This document shows, one piece after another, positions 36,733-49,955 of a stretch of 64,000 nucleotides of DNA. Within the stretch, counting starts at the first letter, position 1. Each line of letters starts with the position of its first letter. Source of the DNA: Cenococcum geophilum (Eukaryota); the NCBI GenBank assembly GCA_050273025.1, contig CP158635.1:26474001-26538000 (forward strand). Reading direction: 5' to 3'. The position numbers and the translations under genes were made by a program. The notes beneath the pieces were generated by a model. That model was not told where the DNA came from. It did no database searches and saw only the letters and a list, made by a program, of their open reading frames with translations.

Positions 36733-39352
36733 ATCCCTTTGTGTGTTTCTTATGACCTAGCGTTTTTAGCAGCTCCTTCGTGCGGGCGCTAGGCCTAAAA
36801 CCCTTAAGCGTCATTTTTAGGAGGCCCATACACTAAAATCAAGACACTATTATAGTTGTAGGTAAGGAGCTTTTAAAGCAGCTGCTAGTTGCTTATATAT
36901 ATAATATAGATAAAAAATAACGTCTAATTTAACTATATCTACTGCCTTAACGAATATAGAGTTCTCTCCTCCTTCTAAACCAGTATTACCTGCGCCGTTA
37001 AGTTATTTAGTAGAGGAGCAGCTTTGCTGCGTTAAGTGCCAGGCTAAAGGATCTGGTAGAGTAGGTAGATTATATAGGCAGCTAAGGATTATCTATATTA
37101 GTAAAAGGTTAAAAATGGTAGTAGAAAGTAGTTATTAATTAGTTAGCTCTTAAATGGAACTCTATAAAGTAGCTTTTATATAGAGGCTTTAAACAAATAG
37201 AATACTCGGTAGTTGTCTAGCGTGCCTTTATAATAGCGTTCCTAGCCTTCTTTTACCTATAAAGCTAGTAATATGGAAGAGCTTTTAAGCCGTAAGTTTG
37301 CGAATATATAGAATGTTAAGTATAAGAGCCAAGCTGCTGTCGAATTAATAGAAGGGGAGTATTTAACGTGACGTACTTACTCCTTTATAGGCCGCCATTT
37401 TTATAGCTAGGGCTTCTACCACGTTAATATTGGCTAGGATTTAGAACGTTAATAGAGTAGGTAAAAGCTTATACTTCCTTATTAGTTACCCCCATCCTTT
37501 TACTGCTAAGAATAACAAGATTCCAGGCCAGTCAAATCCAGAATAGTCGGTGCGTCTTTAGGAATGGCTTCCTTAAGGTTCTAAATAGGGTTTTACTAAT
37601 AAGGAAGGCGTTAATAACTGCTGCATTAAGCGCCTAAAAGAATAGCGGCATCCAATTCCTAACTGACGTAATTTGCGTAGTATAGTAGCTTCGTAATTAA
37701 TTATGGATATTAACACCTCCCATCCAGTTATTATAATCGATTGATAGACGTGGCAGCGTTAGCTTCTTTCTAGCCTTATTACCCTAGACGCGTATAACTA
37801 GCTCTTTTAGGAACAAATTATAAGGCTTTAGGCGACGCCGCTTAACCTTACTAATGTTATCTACACCGCAGCTATATGCAGTAGTGAGGAAACGCACTAG
37901 ATTCTTATCCTACTATATAATTAAAAGGACCTTACTAACCTCTACTCCAGAAATAAGGTTAAATAGCAGCCTCGCCTTCTTCTTATCTACTGTCTTATAT
38001 ACCATTAGATAATTAATGGAATTCGTATAAGCTATACCGTAGGTAGCAATTTTAATCCGCCAGAGGGCCTTAAACAGTCGAATATTACTAAAGAAGTTAT
38101 TATAAAATAGACAAAATCGTTAAATATTTGTTAGAAGAAGGTAATAGAGGTAGAAGATAGCTTCTGATATAGGATTAAGCGTAATATCGGTGAGTTCGGT
38201 TTTAGTAGGTAGGTAATAATATTTATTAAGGCCGCTGCTAAATATAAAGCTAAAGCAATATCTATACTGATAAAGGCTTAAAATCTTATATCCTTTAGGA
38301 ACTAGCTTACCTGGTATCTTAATCTTATAGCTTAATCTACTAGTAAACCTTACTATTATCTTATTAACGGATACTATAAATCTAGGCACTATAAATTATT
38401 AAAAGGCCTTACCGAGGGCGCTAGTAAGAGGTTCGATTTTGGCGTATAGGTGCTCCCTAACGTTATCTATCGCGGGCGACGATATGTAGAAATAACGCTT
38501 AAGCTGCTCCTATTAAGCCTTTGGTATAAAGCTGCTAATTATATATATAGGGAATTTATTATCTTTTCTCTAAATATTACGTGGCTGGCGCTGCCGGAAG
38601 ACTCCTATATAAATAATAAGGCCGATCTAAATCATTAGTTTGCCCGCTAATGTGTCCCTCTAGAGCCTCTTCTTCCTGCCTGCATAGCGTCCTGTTTGGT
38701 AAATACCGTTAGTATTATGCTTAGCAGCATAGAGATTAGTATTAGTAGCGAGCAATTTAAATATAGGAAGACTGAAGAATAGCAGGAAGATCCTTAATAG
38801 TAGGTTCTACCCGCTTCTATACCCCTCTAATAAGCCTATTTCCTAACGATCTAGTATAGAAATATGGGCTTGGCGTTTAGAGCGATCAGTAAGATTAATG
38901 GGAGGCTTATTTAGAGGACCTTCGTAGCTACTAGCGACAACGCTCTCCTTACTGATTTCCTTACTAGCTCGCTGAGCAGCAATATAGAACTCGTGCGGAA
39001 GGTTTATAATACGTATAGGCTCCTTAGGAATATAATCTATGGGCTGCCAGCTAGTAGGAATAGATGGAAGGCCTAGCTTTTGAACCTTATTAACTGATAA
39101 TTTAGGCAGAGTAGTATCGTCCACCTGGTCCTCCTTATAGCCCTCATCAGCTTGCTTACCGTGCGGCTCGATTATAGCTTAAAATCCTGCCTCCTCTGCC
39201 TCCTCTGCCTCCTCTGCATCCTCGTTCTCGTCTATTACCTCCACCACCTGTATACTATATGGCGACATATACTGGCGCTGCGGCGTTGGTGGGTCCTTAC
39301 CCGTAATTAGCGTCTGCACGCGGGTTACCTAATTGATTGGTGAGCTGTATAT

Positions 39353-39891
39353 TGTAAGGGTACTTTTGGTCCCTTACTCGGCTACATCCCGGGAGCTCTC
39401 AGGGGCTGCCAAGGCTAGCCTTCGGCTAGGCCTTGGCCACCCCTTATAAGCTCCTCGGGCTTGCAGCCTCCTTCCTCCCCCATCGGTTCGTCTCAGTACG
39501 AGGCTAACGGGTTAGCCACCCAAACGAGACAGCCACCCATTCGAGACAATGCACGGACCTCCCACCAAAATCAAAATCAAAACATCAAAATACTCCTTTA
39601 CTACACCACCACTTGTCCTCTACTACCCCCAAATCGCTAAATTATAATGTATTTATGCAATAGGGTAGATTTGGGTTGTTGATTTTGATTTTGAATTGAA
39701 TTGATTTTAAATTGATTTTGATTTTGGTAGGAGGTCCGTGCACTGTCTCGAATGGGTGGCTGTCTCGTTTGGGTGGCTAACCCGTTATTGCCTACCCTCA
39801 TTACCATATCGTCCTCTTCCATCGACTCCCTATGTGACTCATGCTCGGCTTGCCTGCTCCCTACCGTACACCCTGGCAATACTGCCTCACA
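39353..39891. mobile_element. Solo LTR (258 bp plus MITE insertion)
   Basis: tgtaaggg...cctcaca ends, TSD TATAT; same family as 56783-57040. Confidence 0.92.
39507..39785. mobile_element. MITE (279 bp, ~70-bp TIRs, TA TSD)
   Basis: acgggttagccacccaaacgagacagcc... inverted at the other end; empty site (aggcTAttgcc) present in the sister LTR at ~56931-56941. Confidence 0.95.
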
Positions 39892-41893
39892 TATATATAC
39901 TAAGGCAACTGGAAGGACTGCATAAAAGCCGTCTAGGCGGGCGTTGGCGAGGAAGAGCTTGAAAGATCCATTGATGGGTGAGGAAGTTGATATTATAATG
40001 AGATTCGATTGATATGCATTAAAAAATCGACATCTGCTGAGGGTAGCGATGCGGCAGATTCCGAATGCCAGAGCTAGGGAGGCCTGCGACACCAAGCTTA
40101 TTATAGTATAGAAGCTATATACGTGGCTTTTGGCGTTAGTCCGTCGCTTGACGGCGCGCGGGAACTAAAAGTCCATGAATTCAAACACATAAAGGGATAG
40201 TGATGTTTACGACCAGCTTCACCCCCCCCCTTAAGCGAGCGCTGCGAGATTTCAAATTCTCGCTTGATTGCTACTACAGGGTCCGCAAGGTTCGGTGTCG
40301 CCCCCCCCGTGCGCGCAGCAGCGGTGGCATCTAATTTCGCTTAAGCTTCGCCTAAGTTAGTATGTAGAGCTAGCAGAATTAGATGTAGTGGCCGCTAGGG
40401 GGGGGGAGACGTCGCCTTACGTTTGAAGCTATTTATAATATCTCTTCCTTACCAATATCGTGATCTTTATTCTAGATCATGGTGTGACTCTTGTTATCGC
40501 CTCCATTAAATATAGCGCCTAATATGCGCGAATAGCAACACGTCTTCCTTGAAATCCTTATTAACGCGGGCGCCACCAATCGACAGTGTTGTATTTAAGC
40601 CAAGTGCTCTTGCAGAGCTGTTTAATAAATTTGATAGAAACTAGAGAGGTATGGAAGGACGAGACTTAGTCGTGTATACTTTGGCCTAAAGAGTGCGCTA
40701 AGCTCTTAGATAATTATTGTATTACTTTACCGACTTAATAAGGCACTAAATCTATATCTAGATAAGATGGCTTAGTATATATACAACAGTTTTAGAGTTA
40801 TAGTAGGCCCGTAAACAATTGCTGTAGAGTTAAGAGTTACTAGCTAGAGTAGAAAGCTAGTAAGCTACATTCTAAATATATGGATAAGGAAATAATTTAC
40901 TTATATATAAGGCTTGTCGCGTTACTTTAGAGCGGAGTTAGGAGGACCGTAATTAATACTGGGCCAATATCTTATAGTTTACTGTTAAGCAACTTGTCTT
41001 TATAGACGAATCTGGCGCTGATTTAAAAATAGGTATATAAAAGTTGGCTTAGGCGCCGGTAGGCACGACGCTAATCCTATATACTCCATATAATCGCGGC
41101 GAGCAGCAGCTTAATATTTTACCTACGTATACTATTGATGGTGTACTAATATCGTTAGTATATAGCGGCTCAACGAACGCGGAAGGCTATAATTACTAGA
41201 TTAAACACTACCTTTTACCTTACTGTAATCCTTATCTAGCTCCGAGGTTAGTAGTTGTTATAGATAATATAAGCTTCCACTATTTAGAACGGATTAAGTC
41301 TCTTTTTACTAAGCATAGTATAGTGCTTGTCTATCTACCTATATATTCGCCTAATCTAAATCTAATTAAGGAGTTCTTTGGTAAGCTAAAGGAGTATATT
41401 TAATAATATTTTAGATTATAGAGGAGTAAGCTAGAGCTTTAGGGTAATAAGTTTAAAAACTTCCTATAGTAGTATATAGATACTGTAAGTAAAAGGAGTA
41501 ATAACGCTAGAGCCTACTTTAGCTATAGTAGGTATATATAAGGAAGGATTAATAGAAGAGTTAGTAAGTTATTAGATTTGGGTTAAACCTTATAATCCTT
41601 AGCGTGGTGTTTTTTAGTAGGAGTTAGACGTTGCTTTAGTCGGCTTACTATATTATAGAACTCTTATATAAATTACTAGTAAAATTTATATTCTACCCTA
41701 AACTTTTAGGCAAAGCTATACTAGTGTAAAAAATCTACTGCTTATCTTCCTCTAAATTCTTAATACTACTAGAAAGCTAAGCAACTTATAAAGTCCTCTA
41801 GTTCTTAATATCCTAATATACCTATTTAGCAATTACCTCTGGTACTCCCTTATTAATTATTATATTAACTAGCGTCTTACCCTCTTTATTTAG

Positions 41894-44800
41894 TGTTACG
41901 GCACTGACCTAATGCATACTGTTTTATACTGTCTCGTACTGTTCCCTACTATTGGCTGGCCCACCACTAGCGACTTGGCGGCCGGCCCTACTATTTATAT
42001 ACAATACCCCCTTTCCACCTTCTTCCCCTCTTTATACCATAACGTAGTTATTTAGTCTACTTTATTACAGCACTATGACAGTTTATAGTATCTTTAATTT
42101 GCGCCCCATCGCGATCACTAATTCCCTGTACCCTAGCCAATTAACCTCCGCCCTAGAGTAATTGCAACCTACGCGCGCCTCTACTGAAACCGATATATCC
42201 CTAGCACAGTCCTAGAATAATCCTTAGTTTTTACCTAGCGCCTAGATAGGCGACACTAATGACGCCGAAATAGCCGAAACCTAGAACCCCTACAACGTTT
42301 TCGCAGACCTATTTATAGAGACATACCCTAATATCGCGTGGACAATCCGCTGCTCCCTATTATACCCTAAGATCTTTAAGCCTAGCAAAGCTTACCTTAC
42401 CCTTATTAACTATACTAATAAGTTCCTTAATAATATTAAAGTAGGACTACAGTGCATATATAATATAAACACCGCCAATAAGAAAGCCAATAAAAACCTT
42501 AGTGCCCTTATCGCTTTCTAGACAGGAACTATTAACTCCTAAGTAGAGACTATTACCGTTCTAAAATAATTAACCCCTATAACAATGGTAGTAACCTAGT
42601 AGAAAAAATAGAGATCTAAAGACCCGCTAATATTTAGCGGAAAAGGCACCCCACTAGAATAATAAGCTAATTTTAAGACCTGGCATATTAAGATTAAGGG
42701 AGTCTTTAACCGGGACTAAAACTACTTTAATATAGTTTAGTCCTAGATCCTTTACATCTTAGATATACTAAAGGACAAGGCCTATAAGTTTATTAAGTAG
42801 GGCCTAGAGCTTATATACAAGAACCCAAATAATATATCTACGTGGAAATGGCCTACTAAGGAAGATATGCTTAAAGACCTTACTACCTACTACGAGGTCC
42901 TTAATATAATCTAGGTCGCAAAGAATAAGCTTAACTATTTCCCCTAAGGTGAGCGTAATTACTAGTCCTAGAAGGGAGAGCTTAATAAGCTAATAGTCCG
43001 CGCCAAGAAGATAGACGAATAGAAGGTGGACCTACTCTAAAAGTTTATCTCTCTAAAGATGGAAGAGCTGGTACTTAGACTAGCCTATAAAATTAATAAT
43101 AGTGACTATACAGGTTGGAGTAAGTAGATAGATGTGTTTACTAAGAACCTTGCGAACTATACACACCGAGCTAACCTTAAGAAGAACGCTAACCACCGCC
43201 TACCTACCCAAGCCCCTACCCAAGCCCCTACCCCTATGTTAACCCCAACCCTAGTAGTGACTAAAGAACCTATAGACCTTAATAGAATCTCAGATATAGA
43301 GCGTAAGCGCCGCGTTAATAATAGACTATACCTTGCCTATAGCCTACCTAGCCACTAGAAGGATGCCTATAACCCTGCTAAGATAGCAAACCCAGTCCTA
43401 ATACTACCCTATTAAATAACGCGAATAAATAACCGCGGATATAGCAACCGTAGAGTCTATTATAGACGCGGCGACCGCGGAGCCTATTATGGCCGCGGTG
43501 GATAACCCCCCCCCCTTTAACCCTACGGCTTAGTTACTCTAAACCATACCCTATATAGGAGCCTAACCCATTAATAACGCCCAGTATTAGCGACTTTGCG
43601 CTAGTGAATACGAATACGGCCATATTATTAGTAAGGTATTATTTTCCTATATCCTGACTGAAACAGAGATAGACACCGCTAGCTAGATGGACACTAGACC
43701 GCCCCGCCAAAATAGCCCTATACCCCAGTTGTTAAAAGGCAAACCCTTAGATTAAGTTGCGTTTAAGGGTTTAAACCATATAAGGAGGAAGACGAGAAGA
43801 TTAGGTCCCTGTTACTAGATTAATTAGTTCTTTCTATTAATAAACTACCACTTAATCTTAGATTAGCAAATAGTAATAAGAAATTAATCCTTATTTAAAC
43901 CTAACTCTCCTTATTACGTAACCTATATCCCTAAGTTTATATTAATATAGTAAGCCTAATAGACTCCGGTAGTACTATAATGGCATTTACCGATACAGAG
44001 TCTATTATAAGAAAGTATAACGTTATAACTAAGAAGCTGCTAGCACCTAGGCTACTGCGCCTCGCAGATAGTATCCTAACTTCGCTTGTTATAGACTACT
44101 TTACCACCTAAATATTAATCGGCCTCCATACTAAAGCCATGCTCTTTTTTATTATTAAACTCTTGCCCACTACTTTAATTATCCTAGGTATGCCCTAGCT
44201 TTAGAAGCACGAGCCCTGTCCTAGCTTTAGGAAACTTAAGATCCGCTTTAATTTAGACTACTACTCTAGGCACTACCTCCCGTGGGGGATAGCTGACGTT
44301 AGTAGGGACGCCCTATGTAGATACTTAGCACTACTAAGCCTAGTGCCTAGGACTATATATAAAGCCCTAATAGTAGAAGATGTTCCTAATAAAGGGGAGC
44401 CTATATAGCTGCAAAGAAACGAGATAGTAGAAGACTGGATTAACCTAGCACTTAAGACTAAAATGATGGGCTAGCTAGCCCTACCAAGACTAAGGAAGAA
44501 GGTCTGCTTTATGCCGCCACTATTAAGAAACTAACCCTAACCTAGGCACTATTTAAACCCTAGCCGCCTAGCCTAACACCTAGAACTAAGCTATATACTA
44601 TATGCGCATACTACAGCTTGCGTTATAGTAAGGACTAGCTATAGAACTACTAAGACCCGGATAATAGAAACCGCGCCACCGTAACGCCTAACCTTACACC
44701 TATCTCCCGCGCGTACCGTATAGGGCCGCCGCCTTATTTCCGCCCCCCTAGGCCAACCGAGCTGTACTAGCCTAGCCATAGTACCGAAGAGTTAGATATG

Positions 44801-47800
44801 CTCTAACCTGGACAATATTAAATGCACCTATGCTGTTAATTTTACCTAGTTCTATAAACAAAAAGACGTAAAGGTGATAAGGATCTATATAGCGGAGCTA
44901 GTAAAACTAGTTAAATAAGATAAGCACTAATAGCTGCTTAAAGAGCTGCCTATAGGCCTAATAGAAGTACCGAACCTATTAAAAAGGTCTTTCCGCCGGC
45001 TGGTAGAAGGCGACTATATAATAAAGGAAGCCTATAAAGCGCTCCCCCCCTATTTCTACGACTTTCTTAAGATAAATCTAAAAACTAAACCCAAGCTTTT
45101 ATGTCGGAAGATAGTCGACACCGATGTTAAAAAATTCCTAAAAGGTAAACCAGGATTGACCTATAAAGACATTCTATAACGCCTACTAAAGGAGTTTAGT
45201 AAATATATTAAGCACTTTCTCCCTAAAAACGTAGATAAGCTGCCCCCTTACCGACTATGGGACTATAAAATTGAGATTACCCCTAGAAACTAGGCCCTGT
45301 ACTATAAAAATAGACCACTCTTACCTGCTAAACTTAGGTGTATAAAGAAGTGGATTAATAAGATACTGGATAAGGGTTTTATCCGCGAATTAACCTCACT
45401 AGCTACTGTACCACTCCTCCTCGCTGCTAAGCCTGGCGGCGGTATATAAATCTGCTATAACTACCAAGGCCTAAATATAGTTACTATTAAGAATTAATAC
45501 CTACTACCACTAATCCGCAAGACATTTAACGCACTTTATGGTGCTAAGTACTTTACTAAACTTAATATAATTGCTGCGTTTAACCGGATCTGGATTATAG
45601 AGGGCTATAAGTGGCTTATAGCATTTATTACCCGGTTCGGACTCTATAAGATGCTAATTATACTATTTAGCCTCTATAACGCACCCGCTATATTTTAGAA
45701 CTATATTAACCATATTTTATATAACGCCCTTAATGACTATTGTACTGCCTATCTTAACAACATCCTTATCTTTTTTAAAACACGCGCTAAGCACACTAAG
45801 TATATAAATAAAGTCATCTAAAGACTTAGCAATGCTAGACTTTAGATTAATATTAATAAGTCTAAGTTCTACTCTACTAAAATAAAATACCTTGGCTTAA
45901 TTATCTTAACTAATAGTATAACTATGGACCCTAAGAAGATATAGGCCTTACAGAAATGGAAGGACCCGATATTAATTAAAGAACTATAACAATTTCTCGG
46001 CTTCGCGAACTTCTACCAACGATTTATCTAAGGCTACTCTGCTATCGCTATACCTATAACAAAACTTCTAAAGAAGGATATTAAATGGCTATAGGGACCA
46101 GAATAAGCCAAATCGTTTAAGGCCCTTAAGGGAGCCTTTACTTTAGCACTAGTACTAGCATACTATGACTATATAAAGAAAACAGTGGTAGAAATAGACA
46201 CATTAAATTAGGCTTCCGGTAGAGTCCTTTCCTAGTATAACGACGACGGAAAATTAAAACCGGTCGCATTCTTCTCTGTAAAGCACTCCGCGCCGGAATA
46301 TAACTATAAGATCTACGATAAAGAACTCCTAGCTATTATTAAGGCTTTAAAGGAATAGCGTCCTAAGCTATAAGGAACTAAGGAGCCGTTTAAAATTATT
46401 ACTAACCACAAGAACCTATAGACGTTTATAACTATTAAGCAGCTAAACTAACGCCAAGTCCAGTAGGCAGAGTTCCTTTTATAGTTTAACTTTATAATTA
46501 TATATAGACCTAGTAGTAAAGCCACGCTCCCTAACGCCCTAAGCTAGCTACTAGAAATAAGGCCTAAGGACGCTAATAATAAACGCCTCCGCCACTAAGC
46601 CTAAGTTATTATACCGCCCTAAAAAGTTAACCCTATAATCTTAAAAGAATTACTATATAAGTCCTATAACTCTAACGACGCGGAGTTTATAGCCGCTCTA
46701 GACCCTAAAATAGCCGAAAAGTCACTAGACAAGTTAATCTAGCTAGGATACTAGGAGAATAAACTTATAAGAGATATAGTGGCAGCCCTACGTAATCGGA
46801 AAGCTCGCCGTTAGCTAAAGAAAATTAGGAAATTACTCTATTATAACAAGTTAGAATGCAGTATTATTAACGGACAGATCTACTTCCGCTAATATCTCTT
46901 CGTCCCTAATACCCTAGACCTCTACCTAAAAGTTACCTATCGCTCTTATAGTAGCGGCCCCGCTAGTTACCCCGGCCGGGTTAAGACTCTTAACCTCTTA
47001 AACCGAACATACTGGTGGCCAGAAATCTCCTAGTTTACGGCTACCTTTATTAAAGACTGTGCCCTATACTTTCGCACTAAAACCCCCCGTTTTACCCTAC
47101 CTGGTTTCCTAAAGCTATTAGAATTACCTACCCGCCTATAGACCAATATCTTAATTAACTATATTATAACACTGCTAGTATGCTAACGCTATAGTAAGGT
47201 ATATAAATATATCCTTATTATTATAGACCGCCTAACTAAAATGTGATACCTCGTTCTAGTAATAGGACTCTTAATAGAGGAGTTAGTTAATAGCTTTATT
47301 AACAACGTATATAAGCTCTATAGTGCACTAAGCACGATTATCTCTAATCGCGGTATATAATTTGTCAGCAACTTCTAGCGATAACTAAGTAAACGCCTTA
47401 AGATAACCTTACAACTAAGCTCAGCCTAGTACCTAGAAACGGACGGCTAAACTGAAATTATTAACGCCGCCGTAAATAAATACCTTTATGCTTTTGTTAG
47501 CTTTATATAGGATAACTAGGTTAACTACCTGCTACTTATTAAGTTTACTATAAATAACTAAGTTAACAAGAGTACAGGCATCTCCCCGTTTTTTATAAAC
47601 TATAGCTTTAACCCTTGCCTTAGAATTAAGCCTACTAGCCCCTACCTATTAACACTATCAGCATAAGTAAAGAAGGAGTTCTTTTATATAAACTCTATAG
47701 CTAACCGCTTTAAGCGGATATTAATACAGCTTAAGGCCCTAGCCTAGATTTTATAGTAACGCTATAAAGATAATACTAATACCTATAGGGATAAGAGCGT

Positions 47801-48821
47801 GTTATTCTACGAAGGTAATATAGTTATAGTTAGCTTAGAAAATATAAAGATAAATAGACCTAAGAAGAAATAGGACAATAAATAGGACGGCCTGTACCCC
47901 GTACTCGTAATATACTAAAGGGCAGTTATAGTAGACCTTCTAGACCATATCTAAGTAAACAAATCCTTTTATATATTTAAGGTCCGCCTTTAGGCTGCTA
48001 AAAAGATCCCTAGCTAAGCAAATATTAATACTATAGAGCGCCGTAATATACAAGGACGAGTGGCAGAGAGAGATAATAACGGCAACATAGAAGACAAATA
48101 GGAGTTTAAGAAAATCCTTAATGTACACAACGAAGACCCCTAGGGCCTAACTTATAAGATTAAATGGAAATATTATAAGGATATAACCTGGCAGCTAAAG
48201 GAAGACCTAAAGGGTTATAAATAAGCTGTATAGCGCTTTTATAAGCAATACCCTAAGAAGCCAAAACCCCTAGACTAGGCATGAGATAAGGAAAAGTTAC
48301 GCCGAGGTCGCGGCCGACCACCGCATTAAAATTTGTGGTGGTTAAGATGTTATAGAACTTCGACTAGCGGTTGAAGTTATCTAATTAGCTAAATTCTCGC
48401 TAAGAAACGCCACACGGACCGATTTAGGTGGCGGTGTGGAGTTCTACTGACCTTACTTACTAAACTAACTAATTAGGATTTTCCATGCCCGATATAGAAA
48501 ATCGCTATTAGCTTAGTTAAGGGCGGTAAGCGGAACTAATATCTTTGCGGTAGAAAATAGGCAACCCCATACACTGCCTATTTTTAAGTTATCTATTCGG
48601 TTTAGGGACTAAACCGTTTAGGGGAGAGGAGTACTATTACGGCACTAACCTAACGCATACTATTTTATACTATCTCGTACTATTCCCTACTATTAGCTAG
48701 CCTACCACTAGCGACTTAGCGGCCGGCCCTACTATTTATATACAATACCCCCTTTCCACCTTCTTTCCCTCTTTATACCATAACGTAGTTATTTAGTCTA
48801 CTTTATTGCAGTACTATAACA
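41894..48821 (+). mobile_element. Full-length chromoviral Ty3/Gypsy LTR retrotransposon F (RIP-degraded)
   Basis: 187-bp LTRs 41894-42080 and 48635-48821, TSD TTTAG, PPT ggggagaggag; gag, protease ALIDSG ~43953, RT YLNNILI ~45750, RH, IN, chromodomain ~48100-48270. Confidence 0.97.
48418..48555 (+). other. Conserved non-coding motif with hairpin (copy 2) in the 3' UTR of F
   Basis: Matches 2670-2805; hairpin gattttccat-gcccgat-atagaaaatc. Confidence 0.75.
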
Positions 48822-49955
48822 TTTAGCTTCTACTCCCTAATAATCCTTAAGTCCTACCGCTTCTTATAAGCAACTTAATAGGCAGCTTTAAAATTACTCT
48901 CCTACTCTAGGTCTTCTTATACTAAAAGCTTCTACCAGTTAAAATACTCCCGTAAATTAGCTATATAATTTAGGCCTTGTGAATAAGGCAAAGGAACTAC
49001 AGGTAATAATCTTGTAATTAGGTCTTGCCCTAATAGTAGTATAGCTAGACACCTATACTATCTACTAGTTAAATTAATATAGAATTAATTAATAATACTA
49101 GAAGTATTAGGTATAGGCGACTTAATAAAGGCAAGTTAAAACTTCTTACTATCTCCCTTTTTCTAATCTTAAAGCTTTTTAAATAGCTTATTATAAGGTA
49201 TATAAATAGTAGCTAAACTATCCTTAATAGCCCGCGCCCACTCCTTAAGGTCCTCCTGCATTAGCTTATAGTTAACTTAGTAATAGATTTAGCACTAAGA
49301 AGAGCCTAGACACCTCTTCTTATACTTTTACTCCCTATATAGCTTTAACCAAAGCTTAGTAGTCTTTAGGTAGGGGGCTAGAAGATAAGTAGTATTACTA
49401 GCCTTATGCTGTTTAGATTACGGTATATTTAGAGGCGTATCCTATAAGGAGATAGTAGCAGCTAGCTGTATTAATAATAGCTATATTAATAACTATGCGG
49501 CCATTATAAAACGATTAGTAGAGCAAGCGGTAGATCTAGCTTAATTATTTATCTTAATATATATAAAGCTGACTTTAACTAAGAGCTGCTTAGTAGAGCT
49601 ATCTATATTCCGGTACTTCTTTACTAAGCTTATAAGTTTACTATTAATTAAGCTCCAGCTGGCTTCCTAACTAGGATTAATCTTAAACATTACTTAAGTC
49701 TTATTCTTCTTAGTATATAAAACCGATATATTATATAACTCTTATATAACGCAACGGCTAGGAAGCTGCTACTTAATAGCCTTATTAATTATAGGCAGTA
49801 TATTATAACTATATGCAAGCGAGAGGCTTAGGCGAGAGTTAGTAAAAGTATATATAACTATATTCTAAGTCCATACGCCCTTCTTAAGCTTCGCTAATAA
49901 TAAGAGATAATAGTTAAAAAAGATACCTCTACCGCTCGGCTTTGCTACTCTAATT

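Larger units (their letters stand above)
36735..40196 (-). mobile_element. piggyBac-like DNA transposon (transposase pseudogene ~36850-39300)
   Basis: TIR ccctttgtgtgttt / aaacacataaaggg. PGBD motifs SVNKIIVRFTSR..KIKIPGKLVPKGYKI (=VDE..GR..KP..EGYK), NNFFS (=DNFFS), YNNWMGGVNIHN (=GGVDIHD). Confidence 0.88.
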
